64,000 bases of DNA from Alphaproteobacteria bacterium (GCA_964291675.2 OZ219866.1:2624001-2688000); one strand, 5' to 3'. Positions 32,381-43,106 are shown, counted from the stretch's first letter. A program made the numbers and translations. The notes: a model not told the origin generated them from the sequence alone.

Positions 32381-33418
32381 TCAGGACCGGAGCGCCTCCG
32401 CGATGGCGGCGCGGTCGAGCCCGGCCTGGCCGATCACCACCAGCCGGGTCCCGCGCCGCTCGCCCGCCGCCCACGGGCGGTCGAAGTGATGGTTGACCCG
32501 GCGGCCGACGCCCTGGACGGCGAGGCGCATCGGCTTTCCGGCGACCGCCGCAAAGCCCTTGATGCGCAAAATGTCGTGCGCGGCGGCGACGCGGGCGAGG
32601 CGCGCGGCGAAGGCGGACGGGGACCCGATTTCGCCCAGCGCGAGGTCGAAGGACTCGAAATCGTCGTGCTCGTGGTCCTCCTCGCCGTCATGGTGGGACG
32701 GGCGCGCGGCGAGGTCGTCCTCCGCCGCGGCGTCGAGCCCGAGCACCACCGCCGGATCGACCGTCCCCTCGCTGGTGGCGATCATCCTGACCGGGCGGCC
32801 CGCCGCGGCGGCGATCTCGTCGCGCAGCCCCGGAAGCCGCCCCGCTTCCAGCAGGTCGGTCTTGTTGAGCACCACGATGTCGGCCGCCATCAGCTGGTCT
32901 TCGTAGAGCTCCTGCAACGGGTTGTCGTGGTCGATCGACGGGTCCTCGGCGCGCATCGCCTCGACGGCGTCGAGATCGTCGGCGAAGCGGCCGTCGGCGA
33001 CCGCCGGCCCGTCGATCACCGCGATCACCCCGTCGACCGTCATGCGCGAGCGGATCTCCGGCCAGTCGAAGGCCTTGATCAGCGGCTTGGGCAGCGCGAG
33101 CCCCGAGGTCTCGATCACGATGTGGTCGGGCGGCGCGTCGCGGTCGATCAGGGCGCGCATGGTGGGCAGGAAGTCGTCCGCCACGGTGCAGCACAGGCAG
33201 CCGTTGGCGAGCTCGACAATGTTCTCTTCCGGGCAGTCCTCGATGCCGCAGCTCCTCAGCGTCTCGCCGTCGACCCCCTCGGCGCCGAACTCGTTGACGA
33301 TGACGGCAAGCCGCTGGCCATTGGCGTTGCCCAGCAGGTGGCGCACCATCGTGGTCTTGCCGGCGCCCAAAAAGCCGGTGACGATGGTGGCCGGGATCTT
33401 GGCGGCGGAAAAGCTCAT
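32381..33418 (-). CDS. cobW: cobalamin biosynthesis GTPase CobW
   Basis: GFLGAGKTT, NGCLCCT, ETSGLALP, His-rich linker. Confidence 0.95.
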   Translation of the reverse strand: MSFSAAKIPATIVTGFLGAGKTTMVRHLLGNANGQRLAVIVNEFGAEGVDGETLRSCGIEDCPEENIVELANGCLCCTVADDFLPTMRALIDRDAPPDHIVIETSGLALPKPLIKAFDWPEIRSRMTVDGVIAVIDGPAVADGRFADDLDAVEAMRAEDPSIDHDNPLQELYEDQLMAADIVVLNKTDLLEAGRLPGLRDEIAAAAGRPVRMIATSEGTVDPAVVLGLDAAAEDDLAARPSHHDGEEDHEHDDFESFDLALGEIGSPSAFAARLARVAAAHDILRIKGFAAVAGKPMRLAVQGVGRRVNHHFDRPWAAGERRGTRLVVIGQAGLDRAAIAEALRS

Positions 33419-33825
33419 GCGGTCTCTCGCGGTTGGGGAACGTCGTCGGGGAAGGCGGGGATGCGGGCGACGATCGCGTCGCGCAACGTGGGCGCGCGCT
33501 TCGACGGCATGACCACCCCGCTGCGCGACGCGGCATAGGTGAGCGCGTAATCGATCACGTCGTCGGCGAGCTCGGCGCCCAGGAATCCCGCGATATAGGA
33601 CCACTTGCCGGGCTGGGAGAGCGCGGCGCTGCACCCCTGTTCGCAATTGGCCATGCAGCTCACCGGGTTGACCCGGACGGCAGATTCGAGCCCGCGGCTC
33701 CGCAGACGGCGGAGCACGACTTCGTGCAGCCGTGATCCCGCGGCCGGGTCGTTCGGCGCGTCCGGCGCCAGCCCGGCCGGCCGGCAGGTCAGGCAGATAT
33801 GGAGGACCGGTCGGCTGTCGGTCAG
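33415..33825 (-). CDS. DUF1636 family metal-binding protein
   Basis: HICLTCR, SCMANCEQGC, GKWSY, VARIP; probable CTG start after GGGAG. Confidence 0.82.
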   Translation of the reverse strand: MTDSRPVLHICLTCRPAGLAPDAPNDPAAGSRLHEVVLRRLRSRGLESAVRVNPVSCMANCEQGCSAALSQPGKWSYIAGFLGAELADDVIDYALTYAASRSGVVMPSKRAPTLRDAIVARIPAFPDDVPQPRETA

Positions 33826-33938
33826 GGCTAAATCTCCCGCCGCGATTGAAGGCGGGCCGAGTTTACCCGACCGGAGGCCCCGCCTGCATTCCCCTTGCGC
33901 GCATGCTACAAGGCGGGCGGGCATTTGCGGGGGAGGAC

Positions 33939-34460
33939 ATGCCGGTCGCCGGGCTCTATCTGGTTCTCGGAGGCGCGAGGTCGGGCAAGAGCCGCCACGC
34001 CGAATCCCTCGTCGAGGCCGCCCCGCCGCCCTGGCGCTACATCGCCACCGCCGAAGCCGGCGACGCCGAGATGCGCGCGCGCATCCGCGAGCACCGGGAG
34101 CGCCGGGGCGCAAGCTGGCGGACCGTGGAAGAGCCGCTGGAGCTCGCCGCCGCCCTCGAAAGCTGCCCCGCCGAGGCGCCGGTGCTGGTCGACTGCCTAA
34201 CGCTCTGGCTGAGCAATCTGATGGCGGCGGGCCGCGCAGGCGAGGCCGAGACCGGCCGATTGGTCGCGGCGCTGGAGCGCCGCCGCGCAAAGACCGTGCT
34301 GGTCTCCAACGAGGTCGGCATGGGGATCGTCCCCGACAACCTTCTTGCGCGCGACTTCCGCGACGCCGCCGGCGCGCTGCACCGCGCGCTTGCCGCGCGC
34401 GCGGAACATGTGCACTTCATGGTCGCCGGCATCCCCATGATCGTCAAAGGCAAGCCATGA
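33939..34460 (+). CDS. cobU: adenosylcobinamide kinase/guanylyltransferase (CobU/CobP)
   Basis: [33 protein letters not shown]. Confidence 0.95.
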   Translation: MPVAGLYLVLGGARSGKSRHAESLVEAAPPPWRYIATAEAGDAEMRARIREHRERRGASWRTVEEPLELAAALESCPAEAPVLVDCLTLWLSNLMAAGRAGEAETGRLVAALERRRAKTVLVSNEVGMGIVPDNLLARDFRDAAGALHRALAARAEHVHFMVAGIPMIVKGKP

Positions 34461-35068
34461 CCGAGAGCGACGACAGCGACCGCCACAAGGCGAAGATGGC
34501 CCACCGCAAGGCCGTGCAGGACGCCGAGGTCGCCTCCAAGACCGTCGAGAAGGGGCTGTTGATGGTCCATACCGGCACCGGCAAGGGCAAGTCGACGGCC
34601 GCCTTCGGGCTGGCGCTGCGGATGATCGGGCGCGGCCGCAAGGTCGGCGTCGTGCAGTTCATCAAGGGCGCCTGGTCGACCGGCGAGAAGCTGGCGCTCG
34701 AAGCGCTGGCGCCCGACATGGTCGAATGGCACGCGCTCGGCGAGGGGTTCACCTGGGAGACCCAGGACAAGGCGCGCGACATCGCCGCCTGCGAGCGGGC
34801 CTGGGAGACCGCCGTCGCGATGATGGCGAGCCCGGACTTCGGCCTCGTCGTGCTCGACGAGCTCAATATCGCGCTGCGCTACGACTACCTGCCGCTCGAC
34901 GGCGTGCTCGCCGGGCTCGCCGCCCGGCCGAAGGATCTGCACGTCGTGGTCACGGGGCGGAACGCCAAGCCGCCGCTGATCGAGGCCGCCGACCTGGTGA
35001 CCGAGATGACGCTGGTCAAGCACCACTTCAAGGCCGGGGTGAAGACCCAGGAGGGCATCGAGTACTGA
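34457..35068 (+). CDS. cobO: cob(I)yrinic acid a,c-diamide adenosyltransferase
   Basis: [31 protein letters not shown]. Confidence 0.96.
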   Translation: MTESDDSDRHKAKMAHRKAVQDAEVASKTVEKGLLMVHTGTGKGKSTAAFGLALRMIGRGRKVGVVQFIKGAWSTGEKLALEALAPDMVEWHALGEGFTWETQDKARDIAACERAWETAVAMMASPDFGLVVLDELNIALRYDYLPLDGVLAGLAARPKDLHVVVTGRNAKPPLIEAADLVTEMTLVKHHFKAGVKTQEGIEY

Positions 35069-36531
35069 TGCCCGCGCGGGCGGTCATGCTGCAGGGCACC
35101 GGCTCGAATGTCGGCAAGTCGGTGCTCGCCGCCGGCCTGCTGCGGGCGCTCGCCGGGCGGGGCTACGCGGTCCGCCCGTTCAAGCCGCAGAACATGTCGA
35201 ACAACGCCGCGGTGGCCGCCGACGGCGGCGAGATCGGCCGCGCGCAGGCGCTCCAGGCGCGCGCCGCCCGGGTGGCGCCCAGCGTTCACATGAACCCGGT
35301 GCTGCTCAAGCCGAGCTCGGAGACCGGCGCGCAGATCGTCGTCCAGGGGCGGGTCGAGGGCACCGCGCGCGCCCGCGAGTTCCAGGAATTGAAGCGAGGT
35401 CTCAAGCCGCGGGTGATGGAGAGCTTCGCGAAGCTGCGCGCCGACGCCGATCTGATCGTCGTCGAGGGCGCCGGCAGCGCGTCGGAGACCAATCTGCGCA
35501 TCGCCGACATCGCCAATATGGGGTTCGCCGCCGCCACCGACATTCCCGTCCTGCTGGTCGGCGACATCGAACGCGGCGGCGTCATCGCCGCCCTCGTCGG
35601 CACCAGGGAGGTCATCGCGCGGTCGGACGAGGCGCTGGTCGCGGGCTTCGTCGTCAACAAGATGCGCGGCGACCCCTCGCTGTTCACCGACGGGATGGCG
35701 GAGATCGCGCGGCGCACCGGGTGGCCGGCGCTCGGGCTGGTGCCGTTCTTCGAGGACGCCCGGCTGCTCCCCGCCGAAGACGCCTACGACCTCGCCGAGC
35801 GGGGACGGCCCGCCGGAGGGGCGGGGCGCCTGCGAATCGCCGTCCCGCATCTGCCGCGGATCGCCAATTTCGACGATCTCGACCCGCTCGACGCCGAGCC
35901 GGGGGTGGAGGTGATCCTGGTCGGGCGCGGCGCGCCTCTGCCGGCGGATGCCGAGCTGGTCATCCTGCCGGGCAGCAAGGCGACGATCGCCGACCTCGCG
36001 GCGCTGCGCGAGGAGGGGTGGGACATAGACATCGCCGCGCATCGCCGCCGCGGCGGGCGCGTGCTCGGGCTGTGCGGCGGCTACCAGATGCTGGGCGCGC
36101 GCCTGTCCGATCCCGACGGGATGGAGGGCGCGCCCGGACAAGTCGCGGGGCTCGGCCTGCTCGATGTCGAGACCGTGCTGGCCGGGCCGAAGACGGTTGC
36201 CGAGGCTGCCGGGGAGACCGTGGACGGCATCCCCCTATCGGGCTACGAGATCCACATGGGCCGGACCCGCGGCCCCGATACCGGGAGACCGCTGCATCGC
36301 CTCGCCGACGGGCGCATGGACGGCGCCCGCTCGCCGGACGGGCGGGTGGCGGGGACCTATGTGCACGGGCTGTTCGCCGGCGACCGCTATCGGGCCGCAT
36401 GGCTGCGGGGGCTGGGCTCGGAGAGCGGCATCGACGATCACGACGCGCTGGTCGAGAAGACGCTGGACGGGCTCGCCGCTCATCTGGAGGCGCATCTCGA
36501 CATCGACCGGATCATCGCCATGGCGCGATAG
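35068..36531 (+). CDS. cobQ: cobyric acid synthase
   Basis: [40 protein letters not shown]. Confidence 0.96.
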   Translation: MPARAVMLQGTGSNVGKSVLAAGLLRALAGRGYAVRPFKPQNMSNNAAVAADGGEIGRAQALQARAARVAPSVHMNPVLLKPSSETGAQIVVQGRVEGTARAREFQELKRGLKPRVMESFAKLRADADLIVVEGAGSASETNLRIADIANMGFAAATDIPVLLVGDIERGGVIAALVGTREVIARSDEALVAGFVVNKMRGDPSLFTDGMAEIARRTGWPALGLVPFFEDARLLPAEDAYDLAERGRPAGGAGRLRIAVPHLPRIANFDDLDPLDAEPGVEVILVGRGAPLPADAELVILPGSKATIADLAALREEGWDIDIAAHRRRGGRVLGLCGGYQMLGARLSDPDGMEGAPGQVAGLGLLDVETVLAGPKTVAEAAGETVDGIPLSGYEIHMGRTRGPDTGRPLHRLADGRMDGARSPDGRVAGTYVHGLFAGDRYRAAWLRGLGSESGIDDHDALVEKTLDGLAAHLEAHLDIDRIIAMAR

Positions 36532-37501
36532 CGGTGAGCGCGAGGGCGACGGCGGCGATCTGGAGCGCGCAGGCGCGGCGGTAGAGAACGAGCGCCCGGT
36601 CGATGTCGTCCGCCGTCGCCTCGGCGCGGCCGTCGCCCATCCAGGAATCCTCGACCGGGCGGCCGCCATACTGACGGGGACCGCCGAGGCGGAGCCCGAG
36701 CGCGCCCGCCAGCGCCGCCTCCGGCCAGCCGGCGTTGGGCGAGCGGTGCTGCGCCGCGTCGCGCCGCACCGCCCGGATCGCGCCGCCCGGCGAGGCGCTC
36801 GGCAGGGTTGCCGCGGCCAGCACGATCCACCCCGCCGCGAGCCGCGAGGCCGGCAGGTTGACCAGGTCGTCGAGCCTGGCGGCGAAGCGGCCGAAATCGC
36901 GGTAGCGCGAGTCCGCGTGCCCGATCATGCTGTCGGCGGTGTTGATCGCCTTGTAGGCGGCCGCTCCCGGCAGGCCGAGCACGGCGCACCAGAAGGCCGG
37001 CGCCACCACGCCGTCCGAAAAATTCTCGGCCAGGCTCTCGATCCCCGCGCGCGCCACCCCGGCCTCGTCGAGCGAGGCGGGATCGCGGCCGACGACGTGG
37101 CGCACCCGGTCGCGGCCCGCCGCGAGACCGCCCGATCTCAGCCCGTCCCGCACCGCGGCGACGTGGTCGTGCAGGCTGCGCTGCGCCGGCAGCGAGGCCG
37201 CGAGGGGTGCGAGCGCGAGCGCGGCCACCCACCATTGCGCCCACAGCATCGCCGCGCCCTGCACCGCGGCCGCCGCGACGGTCGCCAGCAGCACGACCGA
37301 GAGGACGCAGCACGCGCCGTTGAGGCGCCGCCGCCGATCGGGCAAGGTCGGCCGGTTCCAGCGCCGGTCCGCGCGCTCCAGGATGCCGCCGACCCAGACC
37401 ACGGGGTGGGCGATCCGCGCGAACAGCGGCTTGGGATAACCGAAAACCGCCTCCAGCAAGAGCGCGGCGAGGAGGAGAAGCAGGTTGGTTTCGAACCACA
37501 T
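36512..37501 (-). CDS. cbiB: adenosylcobinamide-phosphate synthase (CbiB/CobD)
   Basis: [34 protein letters not shown]. Confidence 0.95.
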   Translation of the reverse strand: MWFETNLLLLLAALLLEAVFGYPKPLFARIAHPVVWVGGILERADRRWNRPTLPDRRRRLNGACCVLSVVLLATVAAAAVQGAAMLWAQWWVAALALAPLAASLPAQRSLHDHVAAVRDGLRSGGLAAGRDRVRHVVGRDPASLDEAGVARAGIESLAENFSDGVVAPAFWCAVLGLPGAAAYKAINTADSMIGHADSRYRDFGRFAARLDDLVNLPASRLAAGWIVLAAATLPSASPGGAIRAVRRDAAQHRSPNAGWPEAALAGALGLRLGGPRQYGGRPVEDSWMGDGRAEATADDIDRALVLYRRACALQIAAVALALTAIAPWR

Positions 37502-37513
37502 GGCGGCCGTCAC

Positions 37514-38512
37514 GTGATCCGCCATGGCGGGCAGCTATCGCGTCTGCGCCAGCGGTATCCGGCGGCGCCCGAGCCGCTGATCGACCTGTCGACGGGCATC
37601 AACCCCTTCCCCTACAAGCTGCCGCCGATCCCCGGGACAGCCTATACGCGCCTGCCCGAGGAGACACATATCCGCGACCTCAGGGAAGCGGCGGCGGCGG
37701 CCTATGGCGCGCAGGGCCCGGGGCTGGTCGCTGTCGCGGCGGGCACCCAGCTGCTGATCTCCTCGCTGCCCCGCATCTTTCCCGCCGCGCGCGTCTCGGT
37801 GCTGGCGCCGACCTATGGCGAGCATGCGGCGGTCTGGGCCGCCGCCGGGGCCGGGGTGACGCAGGTCTCCGCGCTGGCGGGGCTGGAGGACGGCGATGTC
37901 GCGGTGCTGTGCAACCCCAACAACCCCGACGGCCGGGCCTTCGATGCGGGTGCGATCGGCGAGCTCGCGACGCGCAAGGCGCGCCGTGGCGGGCGGCTGA
38001 TCGTCGACGAGGCGTTCGCCGAATTCGCCGAGGCGGGGCTGAGTGCCGCGCCGCTGGTGCCGCAACCCGGGCTGATCGTCCTGCGGTCCTTCGGCAAGGC
38101 CTACGGGCTGGCCGGGCTCAGGCTCGGCTTCCTGGTCGCGGAGGAGCATGTCGTCGAGCGTGTGGCGCGGGCGCTCGGCCCGTGGCCGGTCTCCGGCGTC
38201 GCCATCCACGTCGCCTGCCGGGCGCTCGCCGATTCCGCATGGCGGCGGGAGACCGGCGAGCTGCTGGCCCGGACCGGCGCCCGGCTGGACGCCGTGCTTG
38301 CGGGATACGGGCTGGAGGCGGTGGGCGGCACCTCCCTGTTCCGGCTGGTGCGCCACCGGAATGCGCCGGCGGTGGCGGACGCGCTCGGGCGCGCCGGGAT
38401 CCTGGTCCGCGACTTCGACCAACAACCCGACTGGCTGCGTTTCGCCCTGCCGCCCGACGAGGACGCCTGGTCTAGGCTCGCAGCCGCGCTGGCGAGGGTT
38501 CCAACGACCTGA
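37514..38512 (+). CDS. cobD: threonine-phosphate decarboxylase (CobD/CobC)
   Basis: HGG, DLSTGINP, CNPNNPDG, VDEAF, RSFGKAYGLAGLRLG. Confidence 0.93.
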   Translation: MIRHGGQLSRLRQRYPAAPEPLIDLSTGINPFPYKLPPIPGTAYTRLPEETHIRDLREAAAAAYGAQGPGLVAVAAGTQLLISSLPRIFPAARVSVLAPTYGEHAAVWAAAGAGVTQVSALAGLEDGDVAVLCNPNNPDGRAFDAGAIGELATRKARRGGRLIVDEAFAEFAEAGLSAAPLVPQPGLIVLRSFGKAYGLAGLRLGFLVAEEHVVERVARALGPWPVSGVAIHVACRALADSAWRRETGELLARTGARLDAVLAGYGLEAVGGTSLFRLVRHRNAPAVADALGRAGILVRDFDQQPDWLRFALPPDEDAWSRLAAALARVPTT

Positions 38513-38530
38513 CCGGGACATGCCGAGCCG

Positions 38531-38736
38531 GCGTCCCTCGATACGGCCCCCGCGTGGCCTACTCGGGATGAGCGAATATCTTGCGACAGACCAATCAACC
38601 CTCATCCGGGTTGCCGCTCCAGCGTCCTTCGATACGCGCCCTTCGGGCGCTACTCAGGATGAGGATGCCTTGTTGCGGCTTTCACCATTTCCCTCATCCT
38701 GAGTAGCCCGCCGGAGGCGGGCGTATCGAAGGACGC
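38531..38736. repeat. cluster of REP-like palindromic units
   Basis: GCGTCCYTCGATACG-hairpin-CTACTCRGGATGAG in direct and inverted copies. Confidence 0.85.
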
Positions 38737-38800
38737 GCCGGCGGTTCTGTTCGAGTCGAATACGCTTTACTGTCGTCTTCGATCGTCACGCTGTCGGGGG

Positions 38801-39322
38801 ATGTCCGGGATGAAGCTGCGTGGAACCGTCGCGGTCTTCGGCGACTACGTGTCGGGAGACGCGATCCTTCCCGCGCGCTACGCCTTCCTTCCCCCGGAGG
38901 CGATGGCGGAGCATGTGCTGGAGGAGCTCGATCCGAGCGCAAACGCGCGCGTGCGCCGGGCCGATATCCTGGTTGCCGGCGCGGCTTTCGGATACGGCAC
39001 CGGGCGCGAGTCCTCGGCGCGCGCGCTCCGCGCCGCCGGGGTGAGCGTGGCGATCGGCGGCCCGTTCGCGCGGATGTTTTATCGCAACGCCATCAACAAC
39101 GGGCTATTGGTGCTGGACTGTCCGGCGCTGGTCGGCGACGGCGTGGACGACGGCTGCGAGATGGAGATCGACACCGTCGCGGGGCATGTCCGCTGCGCCG
39201 GCCGGGCCTACACCGTGCCGCCGGTGCCCGAGCTGGTCCGCCGCATCGTGGCCGCGGGCGACCTCGTGGAATACGGCCGAAGCCGGCTGCGCGGCCGTGC
39301 AGAGGAGAGCGCGAATGGCTGA
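38801..39322 (+). CDS. isopropylmalate dehydratase/homoaconitase-like small subunit (divergent)
   Basis: FGDYVSGDAILPARY, FGYGTGRE, FARMFYRNAINNG; start 38801 or 38810. Confidence 0.85.
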   Translation: MSGMKLRGTVAVFGDYVSGDAILPARYAFLPPEAMAEHVLEELDPSANARVRRADILVAGAAFGYGTGRESSARALRAAGVSVAIGGPFARMFYRNAINNGLLVLDCPALVGDGVDDGCEMEIDTVAGHVRCAGRAYTVPPVPELVRRIVAAGDLVEYGRSRLRGRAEESANG

Positions 39323-40598
39323 GCCCGGCCTGACGCTGGCGCAGAAGATCCTCGCCCGCACCTCCGGCGTTGCCCGCCCCCATCCCGGCCGGATCGTCGA
39401 AGCGATACCCGATTTCTCCTACTCCCACGATTTCGCGGTCTACGCGATCGACGCGTTCGAACGCATGGGGGCGACCCGCGTGCTGCACCCCGACAGGGTC
39501 GCGATATGCCTGGATCACATCGTGCCGGCCGACAATGCCCGCGACGCGAACAACCACGCCCGCATCCGCAACTTCGCCAGGGCGCAGCAACTGCGCCACT
39601 TCTTCGAAGGCGGCACCGGGATCTCCCACCAGGTGATGTTCGAGCGCGGCCTCGTCGTCCCGGGCAGCCTCGTGGTGGCAAGCGATTCCCACACGCCGTC
39701 GGGCGGCGCGCTCGGGGCGCTCGCCCTCGGTGTCGGCGAGACCGAGCTGGGCTTCGCCTGGGCGACCGAACGGCTCTGGGTCAAGGTCCCCGAGACCGTT
39801 CGCATCTGCCTCGAAGGCGCGCTGCCGCAAGGGGTGCACGCCAAGGACCTGATGCTTCACATGGTAGCGACGCTCGGCGTGTTGGGCGCGGTGTACGAGG
39901 TGCTGGAATATGCCGGTCCCGCCGCCCCGTCCCTGTCGCCCTCGGAACGCTTCACGCTGTGCAACATGAGCGCAGAGCTCGGCGCCAAGACCGGCGTCTT
40001 CCCGTGCGACGATACGACCCTGGAATTCTTGCGCGACCGGGCGCAGTTCGACTACGAGCCCGTCCAATCCGACCCGGACGCGGCCTATTCGCGCGAATTG
40101 ACGATCGACCTGGCCGCGCTGGAGCCGATGGTCGCCCTGCCCGGGCGCGAGGATCGCGGCGTGAAGGTGGGCGAGGCGGCGGGGCGCAAGGTGCACCAGG
40201 TGTTCATCGGATCCTGCACCAATGCGAGGGCCGACGATCTGGCGATCGCCGCCGGGATCCTGCGCGGATGGCGGGTGCATGAAGACGTGCGCCTGATCGT
40301 GGTCCCGGCCTCGCGCGCGGTGATGGCCGAAGCGGCCGGGACCGGCGACCTCGAAGCCCTGCTCGAGGCGGGCGCGACCTTCATGCCGAGCGGCTGCGCG
40401 GTGTGCGCCGGCGTGCACCAGGGCGTGCTCGCCGACGGCGAGCTGTGCCTGTCCACCAGCAACCGCAACGCCCCGGGCCGCATGGGCAACAGGAAGGCGG
40501 AGATCGCGCTCTGCAGCCCCGCCACCGCCGCGGCCAGCGCGATTGCCGGAGTCGTGGCGGACGCGCGCGAATTCGCGACGGCCAGGAGCCCGGGCTAG
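39315..40598 (+). CDS. isopropylmalate dehydratase/homoaconitase-like large subunit
   Basis: TLAQKIL, LDH, DSHT, GSCTN, GCAVCAG, STSNRN; three 4Fe-4S cysteines. Confidence 0.9.
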   Translation: MAEPGLTLAQKILARTSGVARPHPGRIVEAIPDFSYSHDFAVYAIDAFERMGATRVLHPDRVAICLDHIVPADNARDANNHARIRNFARAQQLRHFFEGGTGISHQVMFERGLVVPGSLVVASDSHTPSGGALGALALGVGETELGFAWATERLWVKVPETVRICLEGALPQGVHAKDLMLHMVATLGVLGAVYEVLEYAGPAAPSLSPSERFTLCNMSAELGAKTGVFPCDDTTLEFLRDRAQFDYEPVQSDPDAAYSRELTIDLAALEPMVALPGREDRGVKVGEAAGRKVHQVFIGSCTNARADDLAIAAGILRGWRVHEDVRLIVVPASRAVMAEAAGTGDLEALLEAGATFMPSGCAVCAGVHQGVLADGELCLSTSNRNAPGRMGNRKAEIALCSPATAAASAIAGVVADAREFATARSPG

Positions 40599-40639
40599 AG
40601 TCTGTCCGGTTCAGGTGGAACCGTCGACGCGCCTGAAGC

Positions 40640-40749
40640 CGTCCTTCGATACGCCCCCTGCGGGGGCTACTCAGGATGAGGAGAGGTTGGTATGGCTCAA
40701 GAAAATACCCTCATCCCGAGTAGGCGCGGAGCGCCGTATCGAGGGACGC
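40640..40749. repeat. inverted pair of the same REP-like units
   Basis: CGTCCTTCGATACG...GCTACTCAGGATGAG and CTCATCCCGAGTAG...CGTATCGAGGGACG. Confidence 0.85.
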
Positions 40750-40788
40750 CCCGGACGCGACGGCGCTTCCGACCAAGACTGACACGCT

Positions 40789-41385
40789 CTAACGACCGAC
40801 GCTTTCCGCGTAGCTCGCCGAGGGCAGGTTTTCCTTCGGCCACTGGTCGCCGTTCTCGAACGGCGCCACGCCCACCGCGTGGCGCGCCATGCCCGATTCC
40901 AGCATCGCCATGGACACGATCTCGGCGATGCCCAGATCGTCGATCCCGTGGTCGCGCAACGCCTGAAAATCCCGGTCTTCCGTCCCCTGGTTGAACGCGA
41001 CCTTGCGGGCGAAGCGGAGCACGTCCTTCCACATCGGATCGAGCGTCGAGGAGTTCTCGAAGTCGATGCACGCCATCACCTCGTCCATGCTCATCCCGAA
41101 ATGCTGGATCAGATGGGTCTGGTGATTGTTGATGCAGCGCGGGCAATCCACCTCCGCCGCGCAGACCAGCGAGATCGCGTTGAGCAGCGGCTTGGGGAGC
41201 GAGCCCGGGGTGGTTTGCAGGCGCTTGGTCAGCGTCCACCACCCCCTCAAGAGCTCGATGTCGAGGGCGAAGAACCCCCAGGTGGGAGTGAGAAAGTTCG
41301 CGCCCTTGGTCGCGCGGATATCGTCGAAGATCGCCGCGACCTCGTCGTCGGCGAAATCGGGTTGGACGAGCCTGACCTTTTGCAT
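40789..41385 (-). CDS. carboxymuconolactone decarboxylase/AhpD-like protein
   Basis: DCPRCINNH (CxxCxxxH) motif; GGAGG RBS. Confidence 0.82.
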   Translation of the reverse strand: MQKVRLVQPDFADDEVAAIFDDIRATKGANFLTPTWGFFALDIELLRGWWTLTKRLQTTPGSLPKPLLNAISLVCAAEVDCPRCINNHQTHLIQHFGMSMDEVMACIDFENSSTLDPMWKDVLRFARKVAFNQGTEDRDFQALRDHGIDDLGIAEIVSMAMLESGMARHAVGVAPFENGDQWPKENLPSASYAESVGR

Positions 41386-41523
41386 GGTTGCCTCCCGCGC
41401 CGTGCGGCGGCCCGGCCGCCGCGTCCCTCCTGGGAGCGCAGTGTAGCGCCGCCGCACGCCGCCCGCGAGCGGGCTAGCCCTGTTGACGATGGTTGGCGAA
41501 ACGCGGGTCAGCAGGGCACGGCG

Positions 41524-42153
41524 TCACCGGCGATTCGGCCGATAGTCCCGGTCATCAAGGCAGGAATTGTAGAATTCCCGATCCATGGGAATCCAGTCGG
41601 TCCGGTCGATCCCGCGCGTCGAACTCGCCCGCGGCCCCGTCGGGAAGGCCGAGGCCATCTTCAGCCAGCGGTCGCCGCTCCGCGATATGTCGCGCACCTC
41701 GCGGGCAACTTCGGCCAGGTCCTGGTCCTGACTGAACACGATCGCCACGTCGAGCTCCGCGTTCCGCGCCATGCGCACGATGTCCAGCCCGAGCCGCAAG
41801 TCGATACCCTTCTCGCGCTCGACCGGGACCTCGTGGATCGAGCCGTCCGGAAGCCGGATCCGTTCCACCCGATAGCGCAGAGGACGCGACGCGACGACGA
41901 TGCCCGCCCGCCGCATCGCGGTCAGGCGGCGCGTCCAGTACCCGTGCCACATCGGCGCCCTGTCCGCGCTCGGAACGCCGGTGTAGAAGCGGACACCGCG
42001 ATTGCGCCAGCCGCGTTCCGCGCAAACCGCATCGGCGAGCTTGCGCGGATCGAAATTGGGATGGTGGTGGCCAAAGGCGTCCTTCGCGTGCCGGTACAGG
42101 TTCTGCCCGTCGAAGAAGGAAACGGCGCGCTTGACATCCGGCTCGGCGGCCAT
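41524..42153 (-). CDS. NYN (PIN-like, LabA/DUF88) domain ribonuclease
   Basis: FFDGQNL, EKGIDLRL, IVFSQDQDL acidic motifs. Confidence 0.9.
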   Translation of the reverse strand: MAAEPDVKRAVSFFDGQNLYRHAKDAFGHHHPNFDPRKLADAVCAERGWRNRGVRFYTGVPSADRAPMWHGYWTRRLTAMRRAGIVVASRPLRYRVERIRLPDGSIHEVPVEREKGIDLRLGLDIVRMARNAELDVAIVFSQDQDLAEVAREVRDISRSGDRWLKMASAFPTGPRASSTRGIDRTDWIPMDREFYNSCLDDRDYRPNRR

Positions 42154-42159
42154 GGCGGC

Positions 42160-42201
42160 AAGAAATAACCCCGCCGGGGCCGTACGGCTAGTCCGGCGGG
42201 G
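42160..42201 (-). terminator. GC hairpin with U-tract immediately upstream of the NYN start
   Basis: Coding strand CCCCGCCGG-ACTA-GCCGTACGGC-C-CCGGCGGGG-TTATTTCTT. Confidence 0.5.
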
Positions 42202-42328
42202 ACCAAGTGCCGGGCATCATAGTCGCTTGCGGAGGCGATTGCCATCAGTGAAATCCCCGCACGGATCGCCGACCCCCCTCACGCGATGCGCCGTTGGTGT
42301 AGGAGGCCAAGGTGCCCGGCAGGGAGCG

Positions 42329-43090
42329 CTAGACGCACGCCAGCAGGCCGAGGCAGGCGCCGATTTCGCTCGCCTGCTGAGTCGCGCCGAGGCAGTCGCC
42401 GGTGTATCCGCCGAGCTTCCTCTGGAACGCCGCCCGGATCGCGAAATGCCCGAGCGCGAGCCCGGCAACCACACCGAGCGTCGCTGCGGGCGTCGCCATC
42501 ACCGCCAGCGGGGCGAGGCAGGCAATCGCGGTCGCCCCGGCGAGAACGTGCGAAGCGGACGAGACCGGGCCGGCAACAGGGCTCGCAATCCCCGAATCGC
42601 GGACGTAGCGCGCGGTCGCGATCACCAGAACGACGCTCCACCGGCTGAGCCCGTGCGCGGCGACCAGCAATGCTGCGCCGATCCACAGGGGGAGCGCGGC
42701 CAGCACCAGGACCCTGACGGCGACGGCGAGGATCAGGGCGAGCACGCCGTAGGTGCCGATGTGGCTGTCGCGCATGATCTCCAGCGCGCGCTCGGCCGAC
42801 CGCCCGCCGCCGATCCCGTCCGCCGTGTCGGCGAGGCCGTCCTCGTGCAGCGCGCCGGTGACGAGCGCGGTGGCGGCGACCGCAAGCAGCGCGGCGAGCG
42901 GCGCGCCCAGCGGGGCGTGCGCGGCGGCGAACACGGCTGCGCCCACGAGGCCGACGAGCACCCCGACCAACGGGTAGTAGCGGACCGAGGCGGCTTCCGG
43001 CGGAGACGCATGGTCGGTTCCCCGCGCCGCCGGGATGCGGGTCAGCATCCGGCAGGCGAGCAGCAGCAGGTGCCATTCCCGGGCGAGCAT
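42329..43090 (-). CDS. cobS: adenosylcobinamide-GDP ribazoletransferase
   Basis: LTRIP, TGALHEDGLADTADG, MRDSHIGTYG, GGYTGDCLGA. Confidence 0.95.
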   Translation of the reverse strand: MLAREWHLLLLACRMLTRIPAARGTDHASPPEAASVRYYPLVGVLVGLVGAAVFAAAHAPLGAPLAALLAVAATALVTGALHEDGLADTADGIGGGRSAERALEIMRDSHIGTYGVLALILAVAVRVLVLAALPLWIGAALLVAAHGLSRWSVVLVIATARYVRDSGIASPVAGPVSSASHVLAGATAIACLAPLAVMATPAATLGVVAGLALGHFAIRAAFQRKLGGYTGDCLGATQQASEIGACLGLLACV

Positions 43091-43106
43091 CGCCGGGGCC
43101 GGGACG

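Noticed and set aside
38531-38736. Palindromic repeats as CRISPR or ncRNA gene
   Set aside because: Alternating orientation and a second intergenic cluster fit REP-like elements
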